DNA of 63,011 bases, counting the filler, from Reticulomyxa filosa (lineage: Eukaryota; Protista; Foraminifera): assembly GCA_000512085.1 (NCBI GenBank). It is 19 parts of 19 records of this genome, joined end to end, with 100 filler letters (N's around TTAATTAATTAA, not from the genome) between each part and the next. Parts side by side here need not be neighbours in the genome. Positions count along the whole stretch, not along the records: positions 49,674 to 51,452 come from ASPP01026992.1; positions 51,553 to 53,607 come from ASPP01018783.1; positions 53,708 to 54,843 come from ASPP01009859.1; positions 54,944 to 58,447 come from ASPP01006536.1; positions 58,548 to 59,782 come from ASPP01024440.1; positions 59,883 to 61,825 come from ASPP01008454.1; positions 61,926 to 63,011 come from ASPP01029677.1; 12 more parts are not named here. One strand, 5' to 3'. Every line of letters begins with the position of its first letter. The stretch's first letter is position 1. The position numbers were made by a program, and so were the translations under genes. Shown piece after piece: positions 49,574 to 62,099 of this stretch. The notes under the pieces are model-generated. The model saw nothing but the letters and a program-made list of their open reading frames with translations, had not been told where the DNA came from and ran no database searches.

Positions 49574-49699
49574 NNNNNNNNNNNNNNNNNNNNNNNNNNN
49601 NNNNNNNNNNNNNNNNNTTAATTAATTAANNNNNNNNNNNNNNNNNNNNNNNNNNNNNNNNNNNNNNNNNNNNCTTTGTTTTGCACAATTGACTATTGA

Positions 49700-51380
49700 T
49701 GTGGATCAAGAGTTCAAATCGAGCACGAGAACAACACACAAAAACTGAGCGAAAAGATAACGAAGCAACAAAACGGTATGCTCAAATGAAAACATCACAA
49801 ACAACAACACTTTTTTCACGTTTTACATTTTTTTTATTAACAAAAAAAAAACGCAGAAATTAAAGAATGGATCCAGCAAAACGAACGGTTATGTACACAA
49901 TCAAAAGAACAACAAGTTTAACTTAAAAGAAAGAAAAAAAGACAACACAGAACGTATCCGTCTTTAAAAAAAAATACAAAAAAAGAAAACAATAGATTCT
50001 CTCAGCGTTACAAACGCAACTTTGGAAAAAGTCAATTACTGACAATGTCACAAGATATCAAGTTTGTTTATTTGTTTGTGACAATCAACAATTCAAAGCA
50101 AAAAAAAAAAGATTTTTTGTAATATGAATAATAACAACAGACAATGCAGGCAAGCGTTGATAATCAAATTACAGAATTGGTTTCTCAAAACAATTTGTTG
50201 AAAAACACAGTACAAACCCACAACAAGGTTTGATTTTCTTTTTTTCTTTCAAAACAAAACAAAAGAAAGTGTTGTTGCAAAAATGCTTATAAACAAAAGT
50301 ACATTGAGACATTGGAAAACAATTTGAAAGAATTGCAGAAATTGATAATGCAAGCGTCATTGGAAACTGAAACATTACAATACCTTCCGATTAAAAACGC
50401 TGTTATTGATACGGTATCTCCCAACAAAACAACATAAAAAGATTGTTTGTCAATTGTTATTTTTGTTGTGTTGATGATAGAGTTTGGAAAGAGAAAAATT
50501 TGGGATTCCTGTTAGAGAAGAACCAATCAAATTCTCAGAAATGACACCTCATTTGTTTCAATCGTTTTGTCAACTGATTTTTTTTTTTTTTTTTGTAAAT
50601 CACTCTCACCTTTGTGAACATACTTTGCATAGAAAACAATCGCTTCTCGAACGTGAGCTCAAACAAAAAGTACTCAAGAACAGTGTTCGATTTTTATTGA
50701 TATCAGTCTTATTGACAACTGTTTTAGAATTGTTACATTTGTAACTTCTATGTCTTGACGACATTTTTTTCTCATTAATTTGTTTATGATGCTGCCAAAA
50801 AATTTAATTTGTTTCCTTGGCAGAATCTCTTATTTGAATAACTTACTTAATGGAAAAACATATTTTTTTCTTCTAAAAAATAATCATCAAAGAAACAAGA
50901 GTGTTGAAAACGTGTCACAAACTCATAATAACATTTCTACTGTTTTTCTTCTCTCATTTACAGTCTTTCTTACCAACACGAAAAATATTGGAAAAAATGA
51001 TTGAGCTGACAGCTGCGGTATTTAATTTGTGCTTTCAAATATGTCGTATGTTTGTTCAAAGAAGCATAATCTCAAGTAAAACAAATTAATGAATAAACAA
51101 AAGGATATTGAAGAATATCGAAAAACTTTTAAAAATTTTCGTCAGCACATGAATCAAGACAGTATCATAGTGGATTGGTCCGAAATGCCAAACTTGTTGC
51201 GGAAGTTAGGTGCAACGCACACCGAAACAGATTCCAAGACATTTTTTAATGAGTTAGAGATATCAGGAGACGGAAAAGGATGGATTTTAGATTTTCCCAC
51301 ATACGTTGTAATGATGGTTCATCAAGGAAACATCCAAGATGTGCAAGAATCTTACAAACAATGCTCTGAGCAATGGCAAA
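49700..51380 (+). CDS. Spectrin-repeat plus EF-hand protein, alpha-actinin-like fragment
   Basis: Small exons EIKEWIQQNE..FGKS and TLENNLKELQKLI, then IEEYRKTFKNF...LLRKLG...ISGDGKGWILDFPTYVVMM (degenerate EF pair). Exon chain not fully resolved. Confidence 0.4.
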
Positions 51381-51552
51381 GTTTTTACTTTTTTTAAAAA
51401 AAGAATTTATTTCTCTTAAAACATTACCAAAACTAAGTGATTAAAAAAGATTNNNNNNNNNNNNNNNNNNNNNNNNNNNNNNNNNNNNNNNNNNNNTTAA
51501 TTAATTAANNNNNNNNNNNNNNNNNNNNNNNNNNNNNNNNNNNNNNNNNNNN

Positions 51553-51610
51553 GAAAGTGAAACATGCCACATCCAATGAGAATTGGGGCACTTCGAGTAC
51601 ATTAAGTTCG
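51553..51610 (+). pseudogene. ENTH-domain fragment
   Basis: KVKHATSNENWGTSSTL is paralogous to the ENTH gene near 35440. Similarity is lost immediately afterwards. Confidence 0.5.
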
Positions 51611-53738
51611 TCAAAAAGAAAAAAAAAACATGTGATGATATCACTCAAAACGGAAACGATATCAATATTGAGGTATCGCAACAACAGCAGCGACTGGATT
51701 GGTAGAAAAAATAAAAGACAAACACGAAGAGAACCCGAGAGTTATATGAAATAAATAAGTGTGCATGATGATCGAGTGAGCAACTATCACATGAAACTAT
51801 CCTTATGATATCGTTGCTCAATTTGGTGGAAACTCAAGCCAACATCACCATCAAACAAGAAGATAGGAGGATGAATAGAAAGAAGATTCCGAGGATATCG
51901 TGTTGGATTTGTTTTTAAAAATAAAAAAGACCACCTGTCAACTTTACTTCAGTTATGAATGCTATTCATCTCACCGTGGCGGATTTGCGCAATCTCATTT
52001 ATGGACTAATTTCACATAATGCGCCCCCCCCCCCAATGGCAGATGTGACAATGTGAAGTGCAGCGCCAGTAATGCTTGTAATGACGACGACGACGAAACT
52101 CAATCCATATCATATCTTACTCATTTGTCAATTTTTTTCAATACACTGGACTGGTGTTGTGCACGTCAATATTTGTGTGCCACTGCCATATTCCACGATT
52201 TGATTTGGTGTGCACGGAAAAGCTAATGTTGCTGCATTTGTTATAAAAAAACAACCATCGTGACGGTCGATAATTGCATCGACGATTCAAAAATCGCGCA
52301 ATTACTTGACAAATCAAGACAAAATCATGGATATTGGCAATGTGTTGGCCCTGCTAAGCAGATATACGAACAGCATTTTGTCCCCTCCCAAAGACGTGGT
52401 CGATATGGCTATGAATTGGTTACCAAAAATCGAGTCACTTGGATTCGAAAAGTGGAAGGGTCAACAATTGACAAGACCGTCAGTTGTCCTAAAATAATGG
52501 AATACTTGATAGGAACAGTGGTGATTGAAATTGAAGCGTGCATTCGCAAGACCTCAAGAAGTTGATGTTATTTTGGTTTGGTCGCTTGTGCGCCTGCCTC
52601 TTTTCCAGTTATCTGACGCTATAAGTCGTGTTTAAGTCCATTGCTTGACAAAGTTTTTTATATACTTTTTTTTTTTTTTATGTGTATATGTTCAAACTAA
52701 TAGCAACATCTTTATACGTATATTGATTATTTATTTATGTGTTGCTTGAAATTTTTTAATAGACATTTTAAAGTGTATCAAATGAAATTTTGGAATGTGA
52801 ATGGACATGTTTTTGCTGTCTATTTTGTCATTGGTCTGCAGAGAGTCCCCAGCGATGGTAGCAACAACAGTATCAATATCAATGGTTGCATTACATGAAA
52901 GTAAAACTGACAATATCATGATTGAATTGTTGCTGATGGAAATCATGGAAGCCTCACTACAACACACGCATCTGTCGCTTCTCCAATAAAAATTTATTTG
53001 TTCATTATTGAACGAATATCTATTGGTGACGACGTGTATCGAATGTGGATCATAGTATTTCGTTTTAAATGACGTATAATTTGGGAAAAAAATTCGAGGT
53101 CCATATCGTGTAATGTGGCTCATGATTGATCGAAAGTAAATTGAACAATTGAAAGTGGTGAGCTGAGGATTATGATGATTATGTGAGCAACCTATATTCC
53201 AAGTTATAATGTTTTTTTATGATGTGATTAAAATATATATGATCAATATACATGTATATAACATAGGTCTCTCAAAGCATACAATACTTGTCTTATCGAT
53301 AAATTGGAAAGTGAGGCTGCGGTACCAGTAAACAAGGGTGAAGTAAAGTGCAAACAACGCCAAATTTGTGGCATATTTCATCACAAGCATTTAACTTGCC
53401 TCAATTTTTTTTATTGGAAAAATTTGCTTTTTTGATTTTTCTTTTAATAATTTTAATGTCCTCCAGCTCACCTACTTCTTTATCAAATTACACTTATCGT
53501 AAAAAATTTTTGAATGTTAATATTTTTAAAAGAAACCTGCAATTAATTCCAGTTATCAGTTTTTTCAAAGACAAAGCGAAAATCAAATCGAATTTATTTG
53601 CACATTTNNNNNNNNNNNNNNNNNNNNNNNNNNNNNNNNNNNNNNNNNNNNTTAATTAATTAANNNNNNNNNNNNNNNNNNNNNNNNNNNNNNNNNNNNN
53701 NNNNNNNGAAACTTCAAAAATAAACCTTTTTTTTTTAC

Positions 53739-54797
53739 CTAGTAAATTTTCATAAGAAAATTCTTGAAACAAAAAATTCATAAACAACTCCAATCCGTCT
53801 TTTGCACTCAAAAGTTCTCGAAGAGTCAAAGCTTTGGGGTGATTTGAACTGCGTACGTCCAGTTTAGGACGGTCGTCACTGTAAACCACACTCTTTTCTT
53901 TGAACTCGCTCCGTTGCACCTCCAGCTTCCGCAGCATTTCATATCTTAGCGCGAGCAGTGAGTTACGATCGCGACCGATCGCGCCGCGATTCTGTTTGAT
54001 GAATGCCAGCAAATGTGTCCACTTCAACACACCGTATGTGGTCACCATTACTCCAGAAAAGCATAGCGTGCTGACCGCCGGATTCAAGATCGCCAAGTAC
54101 CCAAATAGCGGCAGACGCTGGTACTGCTGGTCCGTCGCCACGCTTATGCTGTATATTATGTACGCGAAGAGCACTGACAAGTTTAGATACAGCAGCCATT
54201 TCACTTCGCGTTTCAAAAAGATTGTGTCCACGTATGGTGGCATTTTAAGCCTTTTTTCATATACACGTACACACATACACACATGTATATACGTATACAT
54301 AATACTTATTCCATAAATATATTTTACACACATGTGTACATGTATACGTACATACATCAAGTGTGTATGTGTTGCACATGCAAGGAGGTACGTGTTCATG
54401 CATACTTTGTATTTATTTTTTTTTTTGGGGGGGGGGGGGGGGAAAAAAAAATAAAAAAATAAAAAGAGTAAGGAGATCGCACATAAAAAGTATACAAACC
54501 AAAGGCCAGAGACGCTGGTAGCGGAAATGGCAAAAGTGAGGGTCTTGAAAATGTATTGAAACCAAGCAGGCTGGACGACGGTTTCCAATAAAAACCCGCA
54601 AATGCTCTCGAACAAGAACAGAGGGACTACGAATCGAAACACCAACCACCGTTCATTGCCGATGGTTTGCTTATACTTTTCAAAGAAATTGGACGACCGA
54701 TAGACTTCCACTTCACGTTGGTTGATATTCCCAACCCATTGGCCATGGGACAGGTATTGATTCTGTTTCAAGTGGTAATATCTATCTTCCCATTGTT
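53739..54797 (-). CDS. Multi-pass membrane protein with C-terminal RGS domain (TM-RGS), internal fragment
   Basis: Four hydrophobic helices, a DTIFLKREV loop, then LRELLSAKDGLELFMNFLFQEFSYENLL (RGS N-terminal helices). Confidence 0.8.
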
Positions 54798-55810
54798 TCA
54801 AAAAAAAAAAAAAAGGAAGCTACAATCACTTCATATAAGGATCNNNNNNNNNNNNNNNNNNNNNNNNNNNNNNNNNNNNNNNNNNNNTTAATTAATTAAN
54901 NNNNNNNNNNNNNNNNNNNNNNNNNNNNNNNNNNNNNNNNNNNATTCTATGGATATAATGTACACTCCAATTTATATAACATTATCTGTTTGGCACAACA
55001 CTTTTTTGTGCTTGCCTTCCCTTCTTCTTCTTATCATTATATTATCATTATTATTATTGCTATTGCTGTTCCTTTCTCCCTCCTCTTCTTCTTTTGTTTC
55101 GTTAACTTTTCGTCATCACAGTCGAGCATCAAATTTGACAAGGCGTTTTTCAAGTTCTCAAACGCTTCATTCACTAAACTCATTTCGGTCACTTTTATTT
55201 TATGTTATGTTTCAATCTTTTGTTTATCTCTCCGTTTTTGTTCAGTTTCACTTTTGAAGAAAAAGAGACAGTAAACAAGAACTCAACGTTGGTACAGCTC
55301 TTGGATTTCTTTTTTAAAACAAAAGTTTGGATCCATATCTTGATTCTATTGAAAGAGAAAATATTCCAACTCTGGAATAAAATTCACAACCAAAATCCAA
55401 TTTTTTTTTAATAAAGGAGATCTGGTCAAAAAAACAAGCTTTTCTGCAATTGACATTAGAGTTTTTTAAACCGTTTTTTGGTAGAATGAAATGTGCTCTC
55501 AAGCATTTTCGTTCGTGCATAGAAATGTTTTATCCAGACAGGACAGCAAAAATAAAAAAAAAGATTTTTGTAATGTATATGGGCGAGACGAAATAAGACT
55601 GAGCTTCAAAATATTTTGAACTTTCAAAAGTCACTTTTTTTTTTATTTATTTACTTACATACATTACTCCTGGACTCCCTCTTTTGAAAAAGAAGAGCAA
55701 ATGAGTTTGTTTTTTATTGAAACGAAAATGGCTAGATGAACTTTTGAAAGCAAAAATAGTGAAATTGTATTGCAATGAAGAGAGAAACAAAAGGAAGATA
55801 AAGCTCTCTA

Positions 55811-57140
55811 TCACAAGAAATTGATCAAATGTTCCATAACAAATTTTTCCATATAGCAAATGTTTTGCCAGGAGCGAATGCCATGTCTCTCTTCTGGGAA
55901 AATCTTCAGAACGTATGGCTTCTTGGCTTTGACCAAAGCATCAATTAATTGCAAAGTATGAAACATGTGAACATTTTCATCCGCCATTCCGTGTATGACA
56001 ATTAACCGATTGGCCCTGGAGCAAAAACAAAACAAGTAATCCAAATCTAAATCTAACTCAAAAAAAAAAAAAAAAAATTTTACCTCTTAACTCATCAGGG
56101 AACTGTCCAACATAATGAGTGACATTACCCACTTGATAGCCAAAAGGATGTTGTTGAGGCGTGCCCATATATCGTTCAGTGTAGCCAGTGTCATACAATT
56201 CCCATTTGACGACGGGAGCGCCGGCAATGGCAATGCGAAAGACGTCAGGTCTTTGACACAAGGCCATCAAAGACATGTAGCCACCATAAGAGAAGCCAGT
56301 AATGGCGACGCGTTTTGGATCGGTGATTTTCAAATCATTGGCCAAGTATTCGACTAGACTCACTTGGTCTTGGATTTCAATTTGTCCCATACGATACTTC
56401 AAACGCCCCTCAAAGGCCAAGCCACGATTGCCACTACCTCTGCCGTCGAGTACGGCCACCACATAGCCAAGGGTTCTCCACATTTGCCATTGCGATCTTC
56501 CGGTGGTGAGAGAAAAATCATTTCGAATTAACTGCGCATGTGGTCCTCCATACGTGTAAATGATTGTCGGATAGCGCTTTCCACTTTCGTATTGATAAGG
56601 CTTGTACACCAATGCCGTAAAGTTGGTCAAATCGTCATTGTCCTTGTCTTGATCCGTTTGCTTTTTGCCTTTGATTGTCACGAGCTGTGGCACTGTGTAT
56701 TTCAACCACTCCGGAGACTTGGAATGATATTTCGGAATCTCAAACGACACCTTTTTCACAAAGTCGTTCGGCTCCGAGTTGTCTTTTTCACTCGCTTTTT
56801 TTTGGAGGAGAGTGGAGTCGACGACGAAGACGGCAGCACCAACACGTTCAATGACTTGGGCGATGTCAGATTCGAAGACACGCACGCAAATGCTTTCAAA
56901 CTCGGAGACACTTGCACGTCGTGATTATAGCCAGGCGCCGTCAGTCGAAGCGTTTTCGACGTCACGCTGGGGTGTTCAAAGTCAAAGGGAATGCCGTACA
57001 AATGGTTTTCCAAATGCGAGTCTTTCGTCCCAACAAAGTATAGCCATTTCATTGCGGGATCATACCAAAACCCATCCGCAGAAACACACCAATTGCCACT
57101 GGTCAGCGTCTTCAATTATATAAATAAATAAATGTAAATA

Positions 57141-57171
<31 letters not shown>

Positions 57172-58340
57172 TTATTTATTTATTTATATAATTAACTAAA
57201 ACTTTCTCTTGTGACACCAATGGCGTGCGCAATGTCATGTTGACTTTGGTAGGATGAGAGCCGTATGGCGACGTATTGTCTTGCTCTTCCTCATTGCTTT
57301 CGCGTTGCAGATCGGCGTCTTTCATCTCCACCACCGTGACGTGTTTTTTAGCTCCGACTTCGGAGCCAAGCGAAGACGACTCCGAGCTCGGATATGGAAT
57401 GTAGTACAAGTGCAAGAAGCCCGTGGGCTCCAACGACCAAATCGCTCCGTGTTTTCCAAAATAATATGAGTCGTGATAATTGATCCAAGGCGTGCCAAAG
57501 TATTCAAATAAGCAGATACCTGGTTCGCCATGTTTTTCTTGTCTTTTTCTTTTTCTTCAATTGACTTGAAGTCTTTGGTTGTGTCATAGAGATACAAAGC
57601 CATTTTTTGTTGATCTCTGTCCATCAGTTGCAGCCAGCACCTTTTGAAATTGCACATGCACATCACATACGCAAGTGAATATAAAACATATTTCACGTAA
57701 TGTAAAAAAGATAACACCCAATTCGGACATAAAAAAAAAAGAGAGAGCAATAGTCAAATAAAACGAAACTCGTTTGGTCGTTGTGTCCACCCAGCTCGCA
57801 CAATGTATTCCAACCACGGGTGGCAATCATAGAGCGAGTGAGTCAGTTGGAAGTATTCCAACGTCACTTCCGAATCCAAAGAGATCTTTCCACTCTTCGG
57901 CACTGTAAAAGTCACCATTTTGACCGTGTAGGAGCAATTGCTTTCGCCGGCGCGTGGCCATTTGTGTGATTCCACGCCATTCGAGTTTGGAATATTTATC
58001 GTTGGCACTTTGGAATTGTCACATTCCAAATACATTATTGTGTATTTTTTACACCTGTCAATTTGTGATTTGTGATTTACAATTTGTGAATTTTATTTTT
58101 ATTTTTATTTTTTATTTGTATTATGTTTTGCAATCGTCACGTCTCATAGCATGTTGCATGCCACATGTAATGTTACATATGACACACTGTGTACAAACAC
58201 ATAACTTGACACCCTTGCCGGAGGATACTTCCTTAATGTCAGGCGAAATCCAATATCCAGTGAATCTGTTAAACTCTTCTTCCATTATAAAGTCACATAC
58301 GCCTGCGGTGATATCCTTACTTTCTGATTTTCGTTAACAT
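55811..58340 (-). CDS. Dipeptidyl peptidase 8/9-like (S9B), 5'-truncated
   Basis: AGVCDFIMEEEFNRFTGYW, WPRAG, EYIVRAGW, TGFLHLY, YGGPHAQ, DGRGS, GFSYGG (Ser), HGMADENV (Asp) and ERHGI (His). Confidence 0.9.
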
Positions 58341-58547
58341 TGGTGAAGTCGATATTTCATCCCATTCCAACACCAACCCAATCAAAAAAAAACAAACAAG
58401 TTATTTGGATTATAAATATAAATATATATATAAATATATATATTTACNNNNNNNNNNNNNNNNNNNNNNNNNNNNNNNNNNNNNNNNNNNNTTAATTAAT
58501 TAANNNNNNNNNNNNNNNNNNNNNNNNNNNNNNNNNNNNNNNNNNNN

Positions 58548-59782
58548 GAATCGAATGATTATGCATTCCATTCCTTTAATGGATCACAATGAATTGATGG
58601 AAACAGCAAAATCCATTCTCGAAAAATCAGATTCCTTTTCAAAACAAGCAATTACAAATATAATAACAGTGTATGAAAAGATAATGAAAGAGCAAACGAA
58701 TGCATTCAAACCCAATGGAAATAGTGACTTCTTTGGAGCACGTGATTTTTATGCATTAATCAAAAATCAAGCCACTCACTCTGAAGTATCCAGTGGACAA
58801 TCATTGGAATGCTATCTTCGTAATTTCGGTGGACTTGACCACAATGACTATAGAAAACAATTAAATAAGATCTTAATAGAAGTATTGAATAAAACAAAAA
58901 GCGAAGTTTTCCGAGAAATGAAGAAATGGAATCCTGTCATGTGTGTGGAAAGAAACTTAATGGAGAAGAAACGTGGCCAGTCATCAGATGATTTGATGGT
59001 GAGCCGGCATTGTATGGTAATCAGTGAAAAATATTATTCTTGGCAATTACTTTTGGAATACAATATTTTGAATTTCGATCAAGTATTTTTATTTAGAAGT
59101 TATTTTCCTCAAGATAAATATTCGAATATTACCAATTACAATCAATTGAATAAAATTATTGATTGTATGGACACTGGCAAAACTGTTATTTTACATAATT
59201 TGGAAAGTATTTATGAAAGTTTGTATGACATGTTGAATCAGAGATATCAAAAAAGGCCTTCAGGTATTTTCATTTATTTTTTATTGCTTAGTGTAAATCA
59301 AATCATTTCAACGTAACATTTTTTTTTTAAATAAAAGGAAATATATATTGTCGAGTGGCATTGGGAACTGAAAGTAGAGATTGCTATGTTCATGAAAATT
59401 TCAAATGTATTGTCGTTGTTCAAAAGGAGGATGCTCATAGTCCAAATATGCCAGTTTACTTTTTTTTAAGAATATCAAATATGTTACATAACATACATGG
59501 TTGAATAAATATAATATAAAAACAAAAAAGATTGCATTTCTCAGTCGTTTTGAGAAACAATTTATTTCATATCGCAATTCGTTGCCAATCAACATTAATC
59601 GACATGTGAAATATGCAAGGACAGTATTGATGGAAGCATTTAAAGTAAATCTATCCGATTTATTTTGTGGATATTGTGAAGATACTATTTTCTCGTCATT
59701 ACTTTATTTGGCTACACAAAAATCAATGCAAACAGATTATATCAAAGATGATGAAAAAAAGGAACAAGTGCAAATATCAAAT
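58548..59782 (+). CDS. RNF213/mysterin-like AAA+ protein, internal fragment
   Basis: DFFGARDFYALIK, LRNFGG, SYFPQD, CMDTGKTVILHNLESIYESLYDMLNQRY, YCRVALG..CYVHENFKCIVV and AFLSRFEK. Confidence 0.85.
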
Positions 59783-59984
59783 NNNNNNNNNNNNNNNNNN
59801 NNNNNNNNNNNNNNNNNNNNNNNNNNTTAATTAATTAANNNNNNNNNNNNNNNNNNNNNNNNNNNNNNNNNNNNNNNNNNNNTTTTAAGCCTTTTTGGAT
59901 CGAATGATAGTTTTTTTTTTTTTTTTTTGGGCGCATTAATCATTTTTTTTTTTTTAAATGAAAAAAAAAATAAAAAATAAAAAG

Positions 59985-60936
59985 AAATACAAACGGCTAA
60001 TTCGCCGGATTCGACGTGCGAGTGATGCGACCAGACACTTGTGTGCGATAATGGTGATCACTCGAGGGCCACAAATGCGCACCGGAGCATTAAAGTCACG
60101 ACACGTGAACAAGAAGAAAGGCGCAGCCAATCGCCACTCTTCGCTGCAAAAAAAAAACAAAACGAAACAACACTCGAAAGTGTACAAGAATGATGTCACC
60201 AATAATACAGGTAGTGATGTTTTATCTGTCCATGTTTTGTACGACTTCTTCTTATTCTTCTTCTTTTACATATTTAAAAAAAATACTTTATTATTATCAT
60301 TATATTATTATTGCATTTACGTTTAAAAAAAGGATCAAATGCTCAATTGTCAAAAGCTTCGAGCTTTCCAGTTCTTCCCAAACAGAAAAATCAGCCCGAG
60401 AACAAGTTGAGCTCAGTGCCTGAGCATGTGGAAGCTGATTGGAGCTCCACGGCCAAGCAAAGTGAACACGTGGACAAACAGGTCAGCGACAGTGAGGGAA
60501 GGGATACCTTCTCTTTGGACGGCAACTCTTCGCAGTCCAATAAACCTTTTTTTCTGAGTATCGATCGCGGATTTGGAATGACACCTGTCAAAAGTGACAG
60601 TTTTGTTATAGCCTAACTTGTATCATCAGTTTATTGTTTGTTTCAAGTAACATTATCTGCCAAAACAAAATGAAAATGAAAATGAAAATGAAAATGAAAA
60701 TGAAAATGAAAATGACAAACACAAAGGCAATGACAATCTGACGTCGGATGAATCGGACTTTTCAAATGACAGCTCGAATGAAGGGGATAAGATCAAGAGT
60801 AAGTTTGGAGGATATGACAATTCGGAAAGCGATTCGCAAAGCGATGACCCAAATGAAAATGAGTCTTCATTCTCGCGTGAAAAAAGCATTAGCGAAAAAA
60901 GAAAAAAAAACAAGTACAAGCATTTATCTATCGTCG

Positions 60937-60975
<39 letters not shown>

Positions 60976-61750
60976 GCAATGATAATAATAATAATGCCAA
61001 GAAAACGCCGGAAGATTCTCCTCTCTCTTCTTCTTTTTCTTCAAATAAAGCAGGAAAGAGCGAATATGTTGAGTCGGCCGATTTCAAACGTCAAAACGCG
61101 GACACTAATCCAAAAGGCATCGATAGTGGTAACGAAGAAGAAGAAGAAGACGAGAAGAACGAGGAGAACGAGGAGGACGATGAAGACGAGGACGATAGGA
61201 AGAACGCGAATGCAAGTGAATACAGACAGACGATTCCCGAAGAGCTGACAAGTCAAATGCTTGTGCGAGCCATTGATGACGCGCAAGAGATGGCCGAGGA
61301 AATGGAGTTTGAAAAGCAAGACGTATCTTGCGACACACTGCCATTGGCGGCCTTGGACGCGAAAAAATATGGGGTTGGATCGTTGTTGAAGACGAACAAT
61401 GCAGTCATCAATGACAATAGCATAAAACAAAGCAATTCGAAACCCAGCGAAAAGCCTTCTTCTTTTTCGCCTGTCTCCTCATTCACTCGAAGCAGGGCGC
61501 AATCCGAAAAAGACTCGTCTTCGTTGAACAAGCTGACGACGACTAGTCGAAAGTCGGGAGGAAATGAAAAGAGTGATTTGGTGGCAAGCGCAATCAAAAA
61601 TGAAACGCCCGAGCCCATCAAAGTTATCGAAGGCGATATCGACACGGCCATGAAGACCACTGGCAAAATCTCGTTCTTGTTGCGACAGGGAATGATTGTC
61701 AGAATTGTCACCGACCGTCATATCAAAGGCACTGCAGAGGAATTCAGTGT
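59985..61750 (+). CDS. Pyruvate-kinase-like protein fragment with a large low-complexity insertion
   Basis: IRRIRRASDATRHLCAIMVITRGPQMRTG corresponds to LCAIMLDTKGPEIRTG. ~430 aa later comes LLRQGMIVRIVTDRHIKGTAEEFS (PK B-domain start). Predicted introns 60211-60333 and 60600-60726. Confidence 0.65.
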
Positions 61751-62099
61751 TTTTTGTACTGAATTGACTGCAGTTCTGCTTTTTTTTTTTTTTTTTTTAC
61801 CGTTAAAAAAAAAGCAAGGGAGGAGNNNNNNNNNNNNNNNNNNNNNNNNNNNNNNNNNNNNNNNNNNNNTTAATTAATTAANNNNNNNNNNNNNNNNNNN
61901 NNNNNNNNNNNNNNNNNNNNNNNNNGTTCAATGCCTTAAATTGTGTGAATAAGTTCCTTGTATTCCCTTTAATGAATTACAAACCATAGGATATTTTATT
62001 TAAAAAAAAAAAAGATATTTTATTTTTGATCATAGTGATTTGATTTCTGCAGCCAGTTGGAACAAAATCGTAGATTTTGATCAGACCGATGGTATCACA

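Noticed and set aside
51620-53607. Short ORFs at 52260, 52306, 52731 and 52801
   Set aside because: Coding-like but broken, with no family recognised. Probably decayed gene fragments.
60668-60715. (AATGAA)n read as an NE-repeat coding tract or telomere-like repeat
   Set aside because: It is preceded by an in-frame TAA and best placed inside predicted intron 60600-60726, so it is an ordinary internal microsatellite.
20175-61925. Regularly recurring TTAATTAATTAA flanked by Ns, as a repeat array or biological motif
   Set aside because: Fixed 100-bp length and six-frame stops mark an artificial contig joiner. No gene neighbourhood across spacers can be interpreted.
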